Positions 1-13,900 of a stretch of DNA of 64,000 nt are shown one piece after another. Under the pieces are notes generated by a model. It was not told the origin of the DNA. It saw only the letters and a program-made list of their open reading frames with translations, and did no database searches. This DNA comes from Tubulanus polymorphus. Taxonomy: Eukaryota > Animalia > Nemertea. Within the stretch, counting starts at the first letter, position 1, and each line of letters begins with the position of its first letter. The translations under genes were made by a program, and so were the position numbers. Location: the NCBI RefSeq assembly GCF_964204645.1, contig NC_134026.1, positions 9,075,950-9,139,949 on the forward strand, in the 5' to 3' direction.

Positions 1-268
1 GTGCCTACTGAAAAGTGGCATGTGAGCAGGACGTAACAAACGGGTAACCAATGGTAGCCAATTAATAAATCTATGAAACATATAACAAATATGCTACAGA
101 TATAGCCAAATTTTGAAAGGAAGTTAGACTTAATTATCAATAACGAAAATCTGCCTTAGAAGTAATCAATCCCTATGATAGCGAGATGGGTTTGCATGCC
201 TACAAGGCCATGACAATCAATACCAAAATGTCTGCCATTTGCGAAGTAGGTTTGAATAAACGACGTAC

Positions 269-3200
269 CTTCTAATGCCTCTAAATCATCATAAGCTTCT
301 GCTTCGACCTCCTACAATAGAGAAATTCACTGCAAGTGTCATAACCAAATAAACTGTATAAGGGCATAAGGACTCTGGATGGTTTTTGAACAGGATTCCA
401 CACTGCACACAGTGAGGTGCTGGCACACACCAGATGACGGAAAAATACACTCATCTAATTAACACAGTCAACTCCCAGTTATCTGCCCTCCGTTTATCCA
501 CCTAGTGAAAGCCTAGTCCCAAATTAATAAATACTTTTAGCTTCCGATTTTTCGCCATCATCCATATCCGCCATCTGCTTTTTCTGAGCAGATCTTACAA
601 TAAAGGTTAATCACTTCCATATGTTGTCCTCCAACTCACCCCCCTTGTGAATATCTTTGTTAGACTACAGGGACTACCAGTATCTAACTCTTGTCAGAGT
701 ATAATTGATGAACATTTTAAATGATAGAACAACCTTCTAACTACTTCAATGAAACAGTTCATGTGTTTATAGAAAATGGCTACATAATACAATGAATTCG
801 TTATGAGTTCATTTCTTCGGATGTCTTGAAGAAAATCAAAATTTCTTAAATTCATTTATCCGCCGAAATTGCGGAGGTCCAATATAGATTTAACTGAAAA
901 ATTGATTTACGAATGAGAAAATGCGTTACAAATGAAGTTATGAATTATAGCGCGGTTACTCTGAATACCGTAACCATTAACAAACTTGTCACGAGAGTGG
1001 TGCATAACCTCATCGTGATTATTATATTTTAATCTGGAGTCAACATAAGTTCAACTTCCATTTTATGTCAACTGTAGAACCAAGTCCATTATAGTTCAAG
1101 CGGGTCATGCTCCTACCTGTGTTGTATCAGCGACCTGAGTCTGCGAGTACGGATCGTAACCGGCCTGGTTGTAATTGTAATATTGCTGGTTGTTATAGTT
1201 TTGCCAACTGTTGTAATAGTTTTGCTGATTCTGCTGTTGTTGCTGGTAGTAATTCTGATAATACGCCGACTGGTCGTAACTTTGTTGTTGTTGCTGCTGT
1301 TGCGGTTGTTGCTGAGGTCTCGTCGTTCTGAAATGAGCCAACGATAAAGCAGTTCAGAAAATCAACTTCGCATAGTCCATGTATGAATCATGTAATAGAA
1401 ACTAGCTGAAAAAATAATAATCTTAAGTGTATTCTAAGTGCTGATAATATACACAACTGATTTGTCCAGTGATGTCACTAAATACTTCAATACATGTACT
1501 ATTATTAATATAGATATATAGCTAGGGGTAACAATTACCCCTAGCTATATCTCTAATTGTATCTCCCTAGGGAGAAGTAACATCCAAGCTACTACTAGTG
1601 CTAGTGAGTTATCAATCAGGCCAGGTACCTAATAGCTACTGGTCGGAGAGCTAATTATGATAACTGTCTTGCCCAAGGACACTACTTTTCTGTGCAGAGT
1701 TTGAAAGTACAACTACCCAGATATGAATGTCCGACCACTCAAATCTAACTGCTCCTCAAAGCTTTGAAAAGTTGATAGGGAATATCTGATCTTAAAATAA
1801 CCATAATCTGATTACTGACTAGACTGTATTGATAGATATGTTTGCTTCACTGATAAACTGTTTAGGATCAGAATTTATAGAATGCGACGCAAGCCAGTAA
1901 CGGTACCTTTTAGGAGTTGCTAAACTCACTCGGATCGGCTTTCGTCCGACGAGGGAATGTTGCATCTCCAGCAGGGCTCTCTGCTGCTCCATTTCATCTG
2001 TGAATCGCACAAATCCGTAACCTTTACTGCTACCATCTTGATCGAGAACAACTGCAATAGGAAAACAGAACAAACACCTGTTATACCACGCACTTGTAAG
2101 AATTGATTTCCAATTAATCTATTGACCATAAATAACGGCCAGTTTTCACGCATCATGAGATTCATCCATAATAATTCTAATAAACAATTTTTGGTCAATC
2201 TTTTGCTCGATAATTCAATTTCGGATATTGACTTAGTTCAAGAGATATTTTGCAAATGGGATTTGTTTTGCAAGAATCCTTTTTACAGTAATTCCCAGCA
2301 GACTGCTACACTCTACCATACACATGACCCTGATCACCAGGACAGCCACCCTCAGCCAACACAGTTTGTGACCACAATCTACTCACGGTGGAGGTGCGAT
2401 ACCTTACGTACCTTTCGCTGCGTGACATGATGGATATTTTCGGAATGATCCGTATAATATCAAGTCATCGACTTCATCGGACAAATCACCAACAAATAGC
2501 GAAAACTCAGGACTGAAAAATCAAGATACCGGTATTGAGATTAGAAAATTTGAAGTTCGGGTTAGTAAATGGGACAAATCCAACCAGATGTAGCAATTTA
2601 AAGTCAATCTCTCATCGAAATTTGTTGCGCTCACCATGAAATGGAATTCTATTTCCAAAATTAAGAACAATCAAAAAGATATGAGGATGACTTTTTGCAC
2701 TCAGTTTTCATTATCGACAGAAATTCTACTTGTCCAGGAGATCAACAAACTATCAATACACAAGTGAACCTGGTAATAGCATTTTCAGAAAATGTTCGTT
2801 ATAACCGATAGTTTGTTATATCCAGTGTGAAATCAATCAAATTGTGTCACTTCCGAAAAAATTCTCTATTTGTTACATTCGATGAATCGTTGTATCTGAG
2901 TTCGTTGTAACAAGGTTCCACCGTATATCACAATTGATGGGATAACCCGAGCTAAATTGACTCGTGATTTCAGTTTGGCTGCCAAAGACATTGTGGCAAA
3001 GTGTGCCCTCAGGCTATTTGGATAGGGTGTTCGTACTGTGGCAGAAGTCTCGTGATGCCATCTGGTTCCAAACCCTGATGAGAGGGGATACCATCAGTTA
3101 AACAGATCGCAGACTCAGTATATCCGTTATCATTTCTATTCGGTAATTGCACTTACATGAGCAGATGTTCTTTCCCATAACTAGCATGATTCAACTTAAA

Positions 3201-6200
3201 ACGCTTAGTCTGTAAATCAAACAACAATAAATAAATGAAATCGCAATCATAGTAATAAATACTGTGGAACGCCCCCACCCCATCCCTGGGGTATTTAACC
3301 CTATTCGTTTCCACAGACAAGTGAATATTTTTTTAATAGAATAAACACCCACAATAATAAAGAAATGCTATTAGCCATTTTCACATACCGCAATATCAAA
3401 TCTGCTTTGCAAACGGCTTCTAGCATTTTAGACGAACTAATGAGTTTTTCTTCATATTTTATATTATTCGTCCCCACATCATCTTCACCCGTCAAGGGAT
3501 TGGAACCCACTACGCTAAAGCTGTTCCCCGAACCCCTTGACCTCACGAGTCGTTGGAGTCGTTACTAGCTGACCAGAATCCAGTCGTACCAATCACAGCG
3601 CTTGTAACAAACCGTCAGTAGACTTCTGTTGCTTTTCCCGTTAAATTGACCAATCAGCGAACGTTTTACCGAACAAGGAAGTATTTCGCAAATCGATATA
3701 TGACGTCACGCGCAACAGCGCCAGTAATGAAATCACGCTTCGTGAGGCCAGGGGGCTGGTGGAAGCGAGTTCGGGAGTGATACCGGACCCCTGGCAAGCG
3801 AGGATGCCCCACATGGGCATTCATTCTCCTCGGAGAGGTAGCTATTGGTTTTGAATCATATAACATTCCTCATTTGTTGTAATATTTTGCTAACGTTATT
3901 AACATTTTTTTCTTTGTTTTAACTAATGCATTAGTACATCAATTATAATTCTTTTACTTCATAAACGTTAGGTGGTAACATTTGTTTACTTACCGAGGAA
4001 GTGCCCGGAATCATTTTCCCATTGAGTTTCAACATAGCTCTGCGGGCTGCCTCTTTATCATCAAACTCAACGAAACAATACCCCTGCGGTAAACTGTAAA
4101 TTGAGAGAAAAAACATATCTTCACCCTCACCAATTAGCACTCAAGCCGCCCATATCCGCTCTTGCCTATTACTCCTCAATACGCCTGACGCTTTTTTCGT
4201 GTGCTGCACAAAAATTGTTATAGTGGGATTTGAACCCAATACTTATGATTAACTAGACACCAAAGTCCTCAGAATACCATATAGAAATCAACATCATCTT
4301 ATTTGAAATCTTCGAGTATTTGGGCTATAAACATGACAGATCTGAGCATTCACTTCAAATCCAAGTAAGTCTGGGTGAATTTGGGGGTCTAAAAAGACAC
4401 GACTTTGGTATGACTGCAGTGAACTGATATAAATCTCAGTGTGGAGTTAACTAATAAAACCCACAGTTACTTCTGTAAAAACAGTTTATTGCCTTACAGT
4501 TTCAAGGTTCAAACTAAACCTCATCATCAGAGGAACAAAAAATTTTATTCGTTTACGATTTTGGTAGTCCACCTCATCAAATCTTATATCATATGGAAGC
4601 CTTGACTATTTACTACAAAATAACAATAACTTGTAATGCATGAAAACAAACAGCAAATGATCTATTCAGTATCGTCATAAATTTGGATTTTCCCTTGAAT
4701 TTTCTGAGGAGTAATAGACACTTAGTACAGAGTGAAATTCTTGCCTATGGATGCATACAGTATAATGGGAAACATGATTTATTCAATTCAGTCACTTTTC
4801 TTAATTCATCTTTGCGCTAAAGCTGGCTCTTTGGCAATCTTTCAATGGTGTAATATGGATATGAAATAAAATGATTTACTATCGAAACTCCACTGGTCAT
4901 ATGAACACCAATTAGATGTGTGTACTCCAAAAAATTGAGCAAATTATCCCAAAAAGCAGGGGTCAGTTGCCCTTAAGTTGGTTTAAGATAATCGGCGGAT
5001 AAACATCAAAATAACAATTAACTTATAATTGTCACTATGTCATCTATCCGACATCTTTAACCAACTTTCAAGCAACTGCCCGCTGCTTACTGGAAATAGA
5101 ATATCTAGGCTACACATTGCTGTAATCTTTGAAGACATTAAGAACGAAATTCCGTTCATTTTTTTCAGAGATTGCAGAAGAAATATTTCATTTCCGATTC
5201 ACTCAATATACGTACCCGGTAAATTTATTTTTTATTATTTTCGCAGATTTCACGGTCTCTCCACATTCTAAGAATGCTCCGACCACAAACTGTTCATCCA
5301 TGTACGGTTCCAACTGAAAATTGTAACGAAAATAATCACAAAAGGCTACGACTGATTGACAACGCTGCTATCAATCCTGAACGTCCCTGTGGTTGAGACA
5401 TGTTACAGATAGTAGTTATAAGGGACCTTCTCAGGCGCGTTGGAAGCAATTTTTGATTGCTGCGGCCAAATGCCGATTTTGGACAGGTTCTAAATATTGC
5501 CACGGCGAATTTACTTAATTTCTTCAAAAACATGGTATTCAAAGAAAAAGGAAACGTTATTCAGTAAATTATTGTCGCGGCTTTCACCACTGCACTTCCA
5601 ACGCCACTGCTTTTTTGCTGGATCCATCTAGGAGTACTCATTTCTCAGACGGGTTAAGTTCGACTCAAGATTCATGCTGATTGAATCCCTATTTTGCAAT
5701 TATAGAATTTTCCGAGGAGTAAAGCTGATCTACACCACAGGGGCTCGTCACGATAGCTGGGGGTCCAAAATCAAAGATTTGACCGTTTTTTTTCGGGTTT
5801 GAGTCGTGATTTCTCGGGTGTCTCTTATCCGATTACGTCGCGGAAAGTCTCAAACGAAAAAGTAACCTCTTAGGAATGAAACGAAACTGATTTCGTGCGA
5901 ATCGGTCAATGGGTTACGAAGTTATGAGCGATTGAAATGAGACGATCAATTCTTGTATGTCAAAATGTTAGCTCCCTTTTCTTTTTTTATAGGTGGTACC
6001 TAGGATACTGGGTCAAATCCTTGATTTTGGACCCCCAGCTATCTTGACCAGCCCCTGTGGTGTAGATCAGCTTTACTCCTCGGAAAATTCTATAATTGCA
6101 AAATAGGGATTCAATCAGCATGAATCTTGAGTCGAACACATATACATTGTTGCTCATTTACATCAGCACAACAAAGATCTAAACCTTGAGAGCGGGACAT

Positions 6201-6453
6201 TGCATCACAATCGGTAAATTCATATTCACATGTTTTAGATAGCAATTATCAATGATTATGAATAAATTTAAGTTTGCATTGAATTGTTGCAGAGAGCCGG
6301 GATGCATATTTATATTTTCATTTCTGTAGTAAATCAACGATGCACCGAGAATGAATTACTCACATCACCCATCCATAATGTGTTCGGAATAAAGGTCTTC
6401 GTTGGCTGCTGTCCAGAAGAAGACGAGTGAGACGAGTAAGACGAATAAGACAT
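269..6453 (-). CDS. TRNAU1AP: tRNA selenocysteine 1-associated protein 1 (SECp43), two RRMs plus Gln/Tyr-rich tail; 3'-partial. Exons approx. 6453-6364, 5313-5216, 4093-3994, 3209-3157, 2512-2412, 2051-1907, 1327-1117, 311-269
   Basis: GT-AG exons join in phase to MSYSS...TLWMGD|[10 protein letters not shown]...|GYCFVEF...|[11 protein letters not shown]|[11 protein letters not shown]...|[23 protein letters not shown]...[11 protein letters not shown], the known SECp43 RRM1/RRM2 pattern, followed by a Q/Y-rich exon. Confidence 0.92.
3480..3806. mobile_element. Non-autonomous DNA transposon (MITE), CATC...GATG termini, 8-bp TSD
   Basis: CCCCACAT duplicated at 3472-3479 and 3807-3814; short imperfect TIR; second copy at 44792-45117. 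Confidence 0.75.
4492..4533 (-). ncRNA. Minimal type I hammerhead ribozyme motif in a Penelope-like repeat fragment
   Basis: Minus strand cct-CTGATGA-tgaggtttagtttgaacctt-GAAA-ctgTA-agg; the surrounding ~130 bp recurs inverted at 10075-10207. Confidence 0.55.
5658..6137. mobile_element. Palindromic MITE with ~130-bp TIRs in TRNAU1AP intron 1
   Basis: 5658-5785 is nearly the reverse complement of 6010-6137 (gttcgactcaagattcatgc...gcatgaatcttgagtcgaac). Confidence 0.8.
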
Positions 6454-6500
6454 GATTTACAAACGTATTTTATCTACGAAAATCTCTGAGGTATCCCTAT

Positions 6501-6620
6501 ACGCAGAAGGTGATGACGTCGCAGGGAATTTCCGAGCAAATTTCTACAAATGAATGGGTTATTAAGTGGTGTAACCGGGTTCTCAGCGGTGTCCTAGGCA
6601 ATAATTCAAGATGGCGGCTA
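6501..6620. promoter_or_regulatory. TRNAU1AP proximal promoter: CRE/ATF-like TGACGT, kappaB-like GGGAATTTCC (6524-6533), YY1-like CAAGATGGCGGC
   Basis: Motifs 50-170 bp upstream of the ATG; the CRE-like and kappaB-like block is retained in the duplicate at 33163-33196. Confidence 0.5.
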
Positions 6621-7974
6621 TGTAGAGGGCGGTATACGACGATATAGGTGGAAAGAATTTAAGTACTTCGGGCCGACAGTCCGGCCAGTTGCACAGTCTT
6701 GCCTTTAAGACCAGTCACAGTCAAAAACATTCCAAAGACTGATATCTCAGTAGATTCAGAGTTTAAGGCATCGTTCCTTTACTTGCACCGTGTTCCAGTT
6801 TCTACGTCGATCATGATTTCAGATGCCTTAATCTAATGGGAGTTTATCTAAACTCCAATCTTATAGAGTAGTGAAGTGATTCTGAATTAAAAAAGGTTGA
6901 TCTACTCAGGAAATTCACTATTTCAAAACAACTGTGGCTTTTCCAAATTATCATTCTAAAGATTAAGTCCCTGCATTTTTGACAGTGATCATGCTTTACT
7001 ATGCCAAGTAACTGCTCGCCGCATTGCGGGCAATAGGGCTATAATCAGGTAGTACTATAACCGGTTTGCACGCATTTGGATGGGGCCGTTTGGATAAAAC
7101 GAAAGGTTTCTAATCACAGGAACATGTTCAGACATTGATTATTTTACTTTATTAACTAGACTTAAGGCCTTCACATATTTTACTGATATTTTTGAAGAAT
7201 AACAGGACAGACATGCTAATAAATCATACCAAATGATATTTATATACATGTAAATACTTTATTCACTTCCTGGTACATAGTGCATGAGAAATACTTCATA
7301 CTACACAAAAATTAGCATAAAAAGTTTGCATGATACTAGTTTTTGTGTTTGCATAAAGTATTTCTATTTGTATCTATGTAAGTCAAGATTTATTTTTATT
7401 TCTGATTTTATTATGTAGTTTGATAGATTGTAAATTACTTGTTTTCTTTTGCTCAAAATAGAAAATAAAACGGTTTTTGTTGTAAGAAATACCGTCGCTG
7501 CCTTTTATATACCTTCTCAACAGTGAAAGTTGCTCTGGTCAAAAACCAGGATTATTTTACTGGTATTTATAGTTAAGGAATGCAATGCGCACATCAACAA
7601 GACACAACTGGTATCGATATTGCTTATACATAATGTTTTCATTATGAATAATTATCAACAAATTATAATTTTTGATACTTCATATCATACATGCATCGAA
7701 AATGAAATGAAAGGAGAAAACTTGAAAGTTAATGTCATTGTTTTGAATTTCAATATACATGTACATGTATTAACAATTGAACTAGTCTAGCCCAATATTG
7801 AAGACGCAGTGCACATCCACTCAAAAATTCATTATAATCGAAAAGACATGAAAATTCATTCAATAGAAAATAATTAATAATTTATTCAATAACAAAATTA
7901 ACCCCCAATATCTTCATTTGAAACACAAATATAGATGATGTATTAGTGCAAAAAATATATGAGAAGGGTTTGTC

Positions 7975-10900
7975 TTATTGCTCGGCCACTACTTCGCCCT
8001 GGTGAGAATCTCGCTGCGCTTCACTGTTCATCGATTCGCTGCTAGGTGGCGGTAACGGAAATTGCGAAGAATCATTTACGATATCCGGAAGCGGTTGCGG
8101 AGTAACGACTTCGCCGTATGATGGCGGCGAAGGTTCCGATGCGTCCGCAGGCGAATACCTCATGGGAGTGGTGATCTTGCAGGATATGGCCGTCGCGTAG
8201 TCTGGTGGCGCACCGGGCAACCAGTCAGGAACGTCATCCGATTGAGGCCCATAAACTCCACCAGGCGCGAATAAATTTGCGTATGAGTATGGTGGTGCAG
8301 TCTCTTCTGGTTCGCTGTTACTCTCCTCTCGATTTAATGCTGAAGAAGATAAATAAGCACCGTTAATCGGATTTATCGCCCCGACAGTATTAATATGTAC
8401 ATCAGGGGTGGATCTAACCTAGGTTTTAGAGTACTGCTCAGCTGCAGAAAATAGAAATTTTTGGATTTCTAGCGCTCTGCGATGCAATCTTGGCACACTT
8501 GGGCCATCAAATCTATCCTTCTATGCAGGGGCGGATCCAGACCGTATTAGCCATATTGCCCAATACGGTCTAGAATTTTCAAGTGCCCTTCAAAATTTCA
8601 CCGGCAATATTTTTGACAGCATTATTTCAGAGACCGCTAATTCCATGTCCGGAATCCGGGCATAATTATAAAATTAATCGGTATATACTGCTGCTGAGAA
8701 AGTGAGGAGAGATAATCATATTTGATATTAGGCCTTTAATCATGATAAATTAAAAAGGGCACTTTCCTTTTTCAAGGGGCACTCATGCTTTAGATGAGGG
8801 CACCTTGTCCTTGCCTTTTCAGGGAGGGCTAAAGGGGCATCCGTACTTTAGAACAGGGCACTATACGCGGAGAATGTTGAAGAAAAGGGCACTTTGCCTT
8901 TTCAAGGGGCACGCTCAGGCTTTAATTCGCGGTGAATGCTGAAGAAAAAGGCACTTTTTTGCCTAATTTTTTAAATTTCAGGGGCAATTTTGGTTTGGAA
9001 TACGGCACACGACATACGGATAAATGTGAAGACAAGCAATTTTTGCCGATTGTTAACAATGAAGGGGCACTTAGCCGTATTCTGTATAATTGTTAAGGGG
9101 CACTACTTTTAAAGATTATAGGGGCACTAGGGAAAATATTTAAAAAAAAACAATGCCGGTGTTTTTCATGGGTGTCTTCTGTGAAATTCATTGTTGATCT
9201 TGAAGTTGGCGACAACCATTCTTTCATGGGTTCGCCAGCTTCATTTTTTATCCGCATCTGTTGATATCTTGTCTTGGATTCGTTTATTCTGGATTGCTCT
9301 GCTAGTCTCTAGAAGCCCTCTAAAAGCCTTTAAATGGTACCATATTTTCAAAATTTTCCGGGGGTGACCAGACCCCCCACCAAGGACTTCGTGCCTTCGG
9401 CGCTCGCACTGACCTGGATACTAGGTGTGCCCTAAGATCAGAAAGGTGCCCTTAAATTTCCTTCCAATACTGTCTACCCATCCTCCTGGATCCGCCCCTG
9501 CTATGCACCCACAAAATATGGCATAAACAAATAACTAGGGGTCCAGGGACACCATGCCCACTTGGGAAGTGGTTTCCGATGCTCAACAATCTAACAATTT
9601 CAATATTCAACGCCCCCTGGTGACCATATACAAAAACCAATGACCTTGAGACTCACCACAATCATAGAACCTGTCAGCAGCTACGAATGTACTTGATTGT
9701 GATAACAAAATATACCTCGTTATCAATTTAATATGGAAATACTAAGTAATTCTACTATTCAAAGCCCCCTAGTGACCATATGCAAAACCCAATGACCTTG
9801 AAACTCAACACAATCATAGAACATGTCATAAACTACAACTTTGCAATTGATCATGGTAACAAAATATGCCTAAGTACCAATCTAATAAGAAAATACTAAG
9901 TTATTCTACTATTCAACACCCCCTGGTGACCATATAGAATTACTAATTTCCTTAAAACTCACCACAATCATGTCATGAGCTACAACTTTGCAATTGATTG
10001 TGGTTACAAAATATGCTTAGGTATCAATTAAGTGGGCTAAAAACACACAGTCAGATCTGTAAAAACAGATGGTTTTTGTTCCTCTGACGATGAGGCTTAG
10101 TTAAAGCCCTAAAACTGTAAGGAAAATTATCTGTTTTTACAGATCTAACTTTGGGTTTTTATTTTTTAACTCTACACTGAGAAGACTGATATCAGTTAAT
10201 TGCAGTCAAAATATGGCATTTAGACGAAAAATTGTTGGTTAAAGAATCAGGAAGTTTATTATTTTCGATTAATTAAATTGGTCATTTAAGCGGTAGTAGC
10301 GGTAGGCTGGATACACCTCTGTACATTGTAAACAAAAGAATGATCAACAGTCAAGCTCTCTTAGGTCGTCGTAGTATGGATAATGCATCATTATGTTGAC
10401 AACTTATCCAAATGTCTACTTACGCCTAGTAAATAGAATCAGAAATACAAATTGGTACTCAAAAATAGAGATGACTCCAGCGATGCGATTTATCTGATGA
10501 CAACCTAAATGAGTTCCACTGTACTGTATAATTACATAGTCGAATGTAAGCCGTATGTTCAAATATCGTTGTTTTACCTTGTTCAGTGAGCATATGACGG
10601 CGTTTTATGGTTAAAACACATACGCAAAGGAGGATCACTACAAACGACGAAATACCGGGCGCTATGTATAACCATGATTGTATGCCCACGCCTTTGTCTT
10701 CCTCACTAAAACGGAATTTTAGAAACGAATTTGCATTAGGTTGACAAACAAGAGGCCCATGGGCCTTGAAGCATTGGTAGATTATACTGTGGTATTAAGT
10801 GGTTATAATGTTTTACATCTGCCGGGAAATCTTCTATGACGATGTTGATTGGGAGGACCACAGACTTAAAGGTCTATTTGTCTAGTACGATTTTATTCCT

Positions 10901-13900
10901 GAAAATGAATTTATTTTCTGCCGAACGATTTAGCCTAGGCTATTTGTACTGTTAAACCTCATTAATGCGATTCTGTTAAAAAGACGAAACTAGTTTATTC
11001 TGATGTTTTCCATCATGTCCCAGCCAAGATATTTATATCAATCAAGATTTGGATACAAAAACCCATTTTTACGCATGAACTGTTAGGCCCCACTGAATAA
11101 TGAAAACAAAAACAGAACGATTTTTCTGAATGCAATTGCAAGACCCTCTGATCTCAGAGCTCCAAGCTCTGATGCATGTACGCATGCAAAACCTTGCAGA
11201 GAGCGATGCCGCCGTGTGTTTCGCTGAGGCGGCTGATGATTGTTTGTTTGTCTTTTTGTTTGTTTGGCTTTACGTACGTCGTTTGGATCTTGGATTCCCA
11301 AGACTATTCCTATTGGATTGTTCATTTAACCTCACAACGGTACGGCATTTGAAGTGTTGCCCGCACACTGTTCGCAGCCAGCAGGACTCGAACCTACTTG
11401 TCACTCAGCATTGATAGTGGATTCAACAGCACCACGCCTTATCTCACCGAGCTACCGAGGCCACTCGATTCAATTCCAAAAAACTACAGCAGCGGCAAAT
11501 AACCATCGCAATATTGCAATTTACGACAAACAACGCGTAAATTCAATCACTGTTGTTTAACGCATGGAAAAGATAATAAAAGGTATTTTTTTCCGGCGCG
11601 CATTACAAAGCGAATCTCTGCCGAGTGCGTAAGAGGGTGCTACCGCCTTATGAGTGCGCAGCAGGCGGGTAGGGCATCCTAAAGTGAAAACTTATATTAG
11701 AATATAGCCGAATCGAATTTTGCAATGTCAGTCAACTGATTGATGATACAACATGGTTGTTCTCGGCGTACTTAACAATGATATTTTCCTCCAATAAACA
11801 ACTCTGGTAAAATTGAATAAAATGATCTATCTTTATTGGTGATATCGTATCATGGTGGTAGCCTACCGTTTACCGTTTCGTGTCATCATGAAATGGTTTT
11901 AACTTTAGTAAAGGCGTTCTGGCACGATCACATACGGGTTTCAGTCACGAGTAGGCTGCTGTTCCACTGCTCTAGAAATACGTATTCTGACGCTGAGAAT
12001 TAATCCCAAATAATCCCATGGATACAGATAGTTGGAATAACAGTGATATCCAAACACTGTGATATCTATAAACCGGAGGTACATAATTTTATGTTTTTCT
12101 ATTCAAAAGAGGCTGTTCCCCATTCTTTACTGACAATGTCAATGCGGACATATCGCTACGCGATTGTTTAACCCGATCTCATCTACCAGATAATGAACGA
12201 GAAAAATGCGATCGAATAACTTTTTGGACCATTAAATCAGAAATCTGGCGACGCTATGTTGTGGGGAATAATTGAAACATTTTTTTTAGTAATTTTCAGC
12301 TGTTTCTAATGTTTTACGTAAACGGAGTGACAATTTGAAGTTACTATGAAAATGAGAAGAGTCGGCGCTATTTTTTCTTACTACTATTTCCGATCCATTT
12401 TACTAGCATTGGCATGACGTCATAGACGTCAACCAATGCTAAAAAGACCTGCATTCATCAATGTCTAAAAAACGGAAATGCCAAGGCAAATAGTACGTTG
12501 AATTTTAGAAGGATGTAATGATATGGAACCATTCATTTATTATCTACGCATTAAATTCCAATTTGAAGAAAAAAACGTTTATTGTTACCTTTGAAATTAA
12601 CTTGTTCGTTTCAAGTGTTTTCAGCTTCAAACAGACAAATATTGCGTAGATTCAGGGTAGTGCTAAGTATCATAGGTAATTATTAGTATTTAATTAGCCT
12701 ATCTGAGACTTGCTGTTTCGTTAATTAGTGGTCTTATATAATAGACATATAGGTCTACATACAATATATCGTTAAACCCCCTCCCCACCAACATTTGTAC
12801 GTAATAAATGAATGGTCTGTCGCTATTCTAAATATTTGAGAAATTTTTTAGATCATTTCCGTATGAAAAAAAAATTGTTAAGTGTCACTGATTCTTGTTA
12901 TTGGAATCAATCATTCTAAATATGCATCTTCAGACAAATGATAAAGATTCTTATTCGTAAATAACATCTAAAATTAAAGTCTTTCCCTGCGATTAAGAAT
13001 AATTCCAGAAATGGTGCGCCAGCAAATTTATAAATATACGAGTCAAGGGTTCACCAATGGTATGAATCGTACGGATAATATTTGTTATCAAAATATAGGC
13101 CTACATCAATTGCGGGACTTTATTTAGTCTACAAACTGAGGAAATATGAGTCAACCGATATCATTGGAACTATTTAATTTGATCCATAATGATCAGTGAA
13201 TTATTTGAAAAAATCTTTGCTTTATTAGGTTTAACATACCATGCATCAGTATTGTAATGTATATTTTGCTGATTTATGTTATCGCGATCGTCGCAACAAT
13301 ATTTGAACATGCCATATCCGCAACAAAACCACTTACAGTCGAAACCGTTGATCTTACGTCCCTGCTTACAATATGGATTGCAGCGTTTATATAGAACATC
13401 AGCTGGGCATACCAGTAATTCGTCTACTGTAAAATAGATATAAAATCATTAGTAACTCTGTCCGACTATACTATGATTTGTATTTTGAAATTCTATTCAG
13501 CTTCTTTGCTTGCCAGGGTTTGGTTGCTGCCTGCCGAGCTCACGCCAACAAAACCCTGGCCACAAACCCTTCATTGGTCTATCACATCACCCAAAATTTA
13601 TTGGGCGGACAGGTTGCCGCTTAGCGGCCCCCAGCCAATGTGTTAAGCCAATCTATGATATTCATCCTGTTTACGTATGAGAAATCCAGATAAAAGACAT
13701 CATATTTTGCATAAATCTTTGTACATGTGGACCATTAATAATATCCAGTTTTAAGTGTATTTTCCATGTATTCTCGAGAGGATAGTAATTCATTTAACTT
13801 TTAAGATACCTTTTTTGTTTATGTGTTCCGGTACTGCTAACGTTTCATTCGCGCAACAATTTCTAGAACCATGTTCTCCATAACAGCAATGTTGCAGGTA

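Larger units (their letters stand above)
8403..10321. mobile_element. Outer CAGGGG-type non-autonomous DNA element hosting nested insertions
   Basis: caggggtggatcta ... ctggatacacctctg with 5-bp direct repeat TACAT (8398-8402, 10322-10326). Confidence 0.55.

Noticed and set aside
1105-1341. Stand-alone Gln/Tyr-rich prion-like ORF
   Set aside because: It is an internal exon of TRNAU1AP (1327-1117), whose C-terminal region is known to be Tyr/Gln-rich
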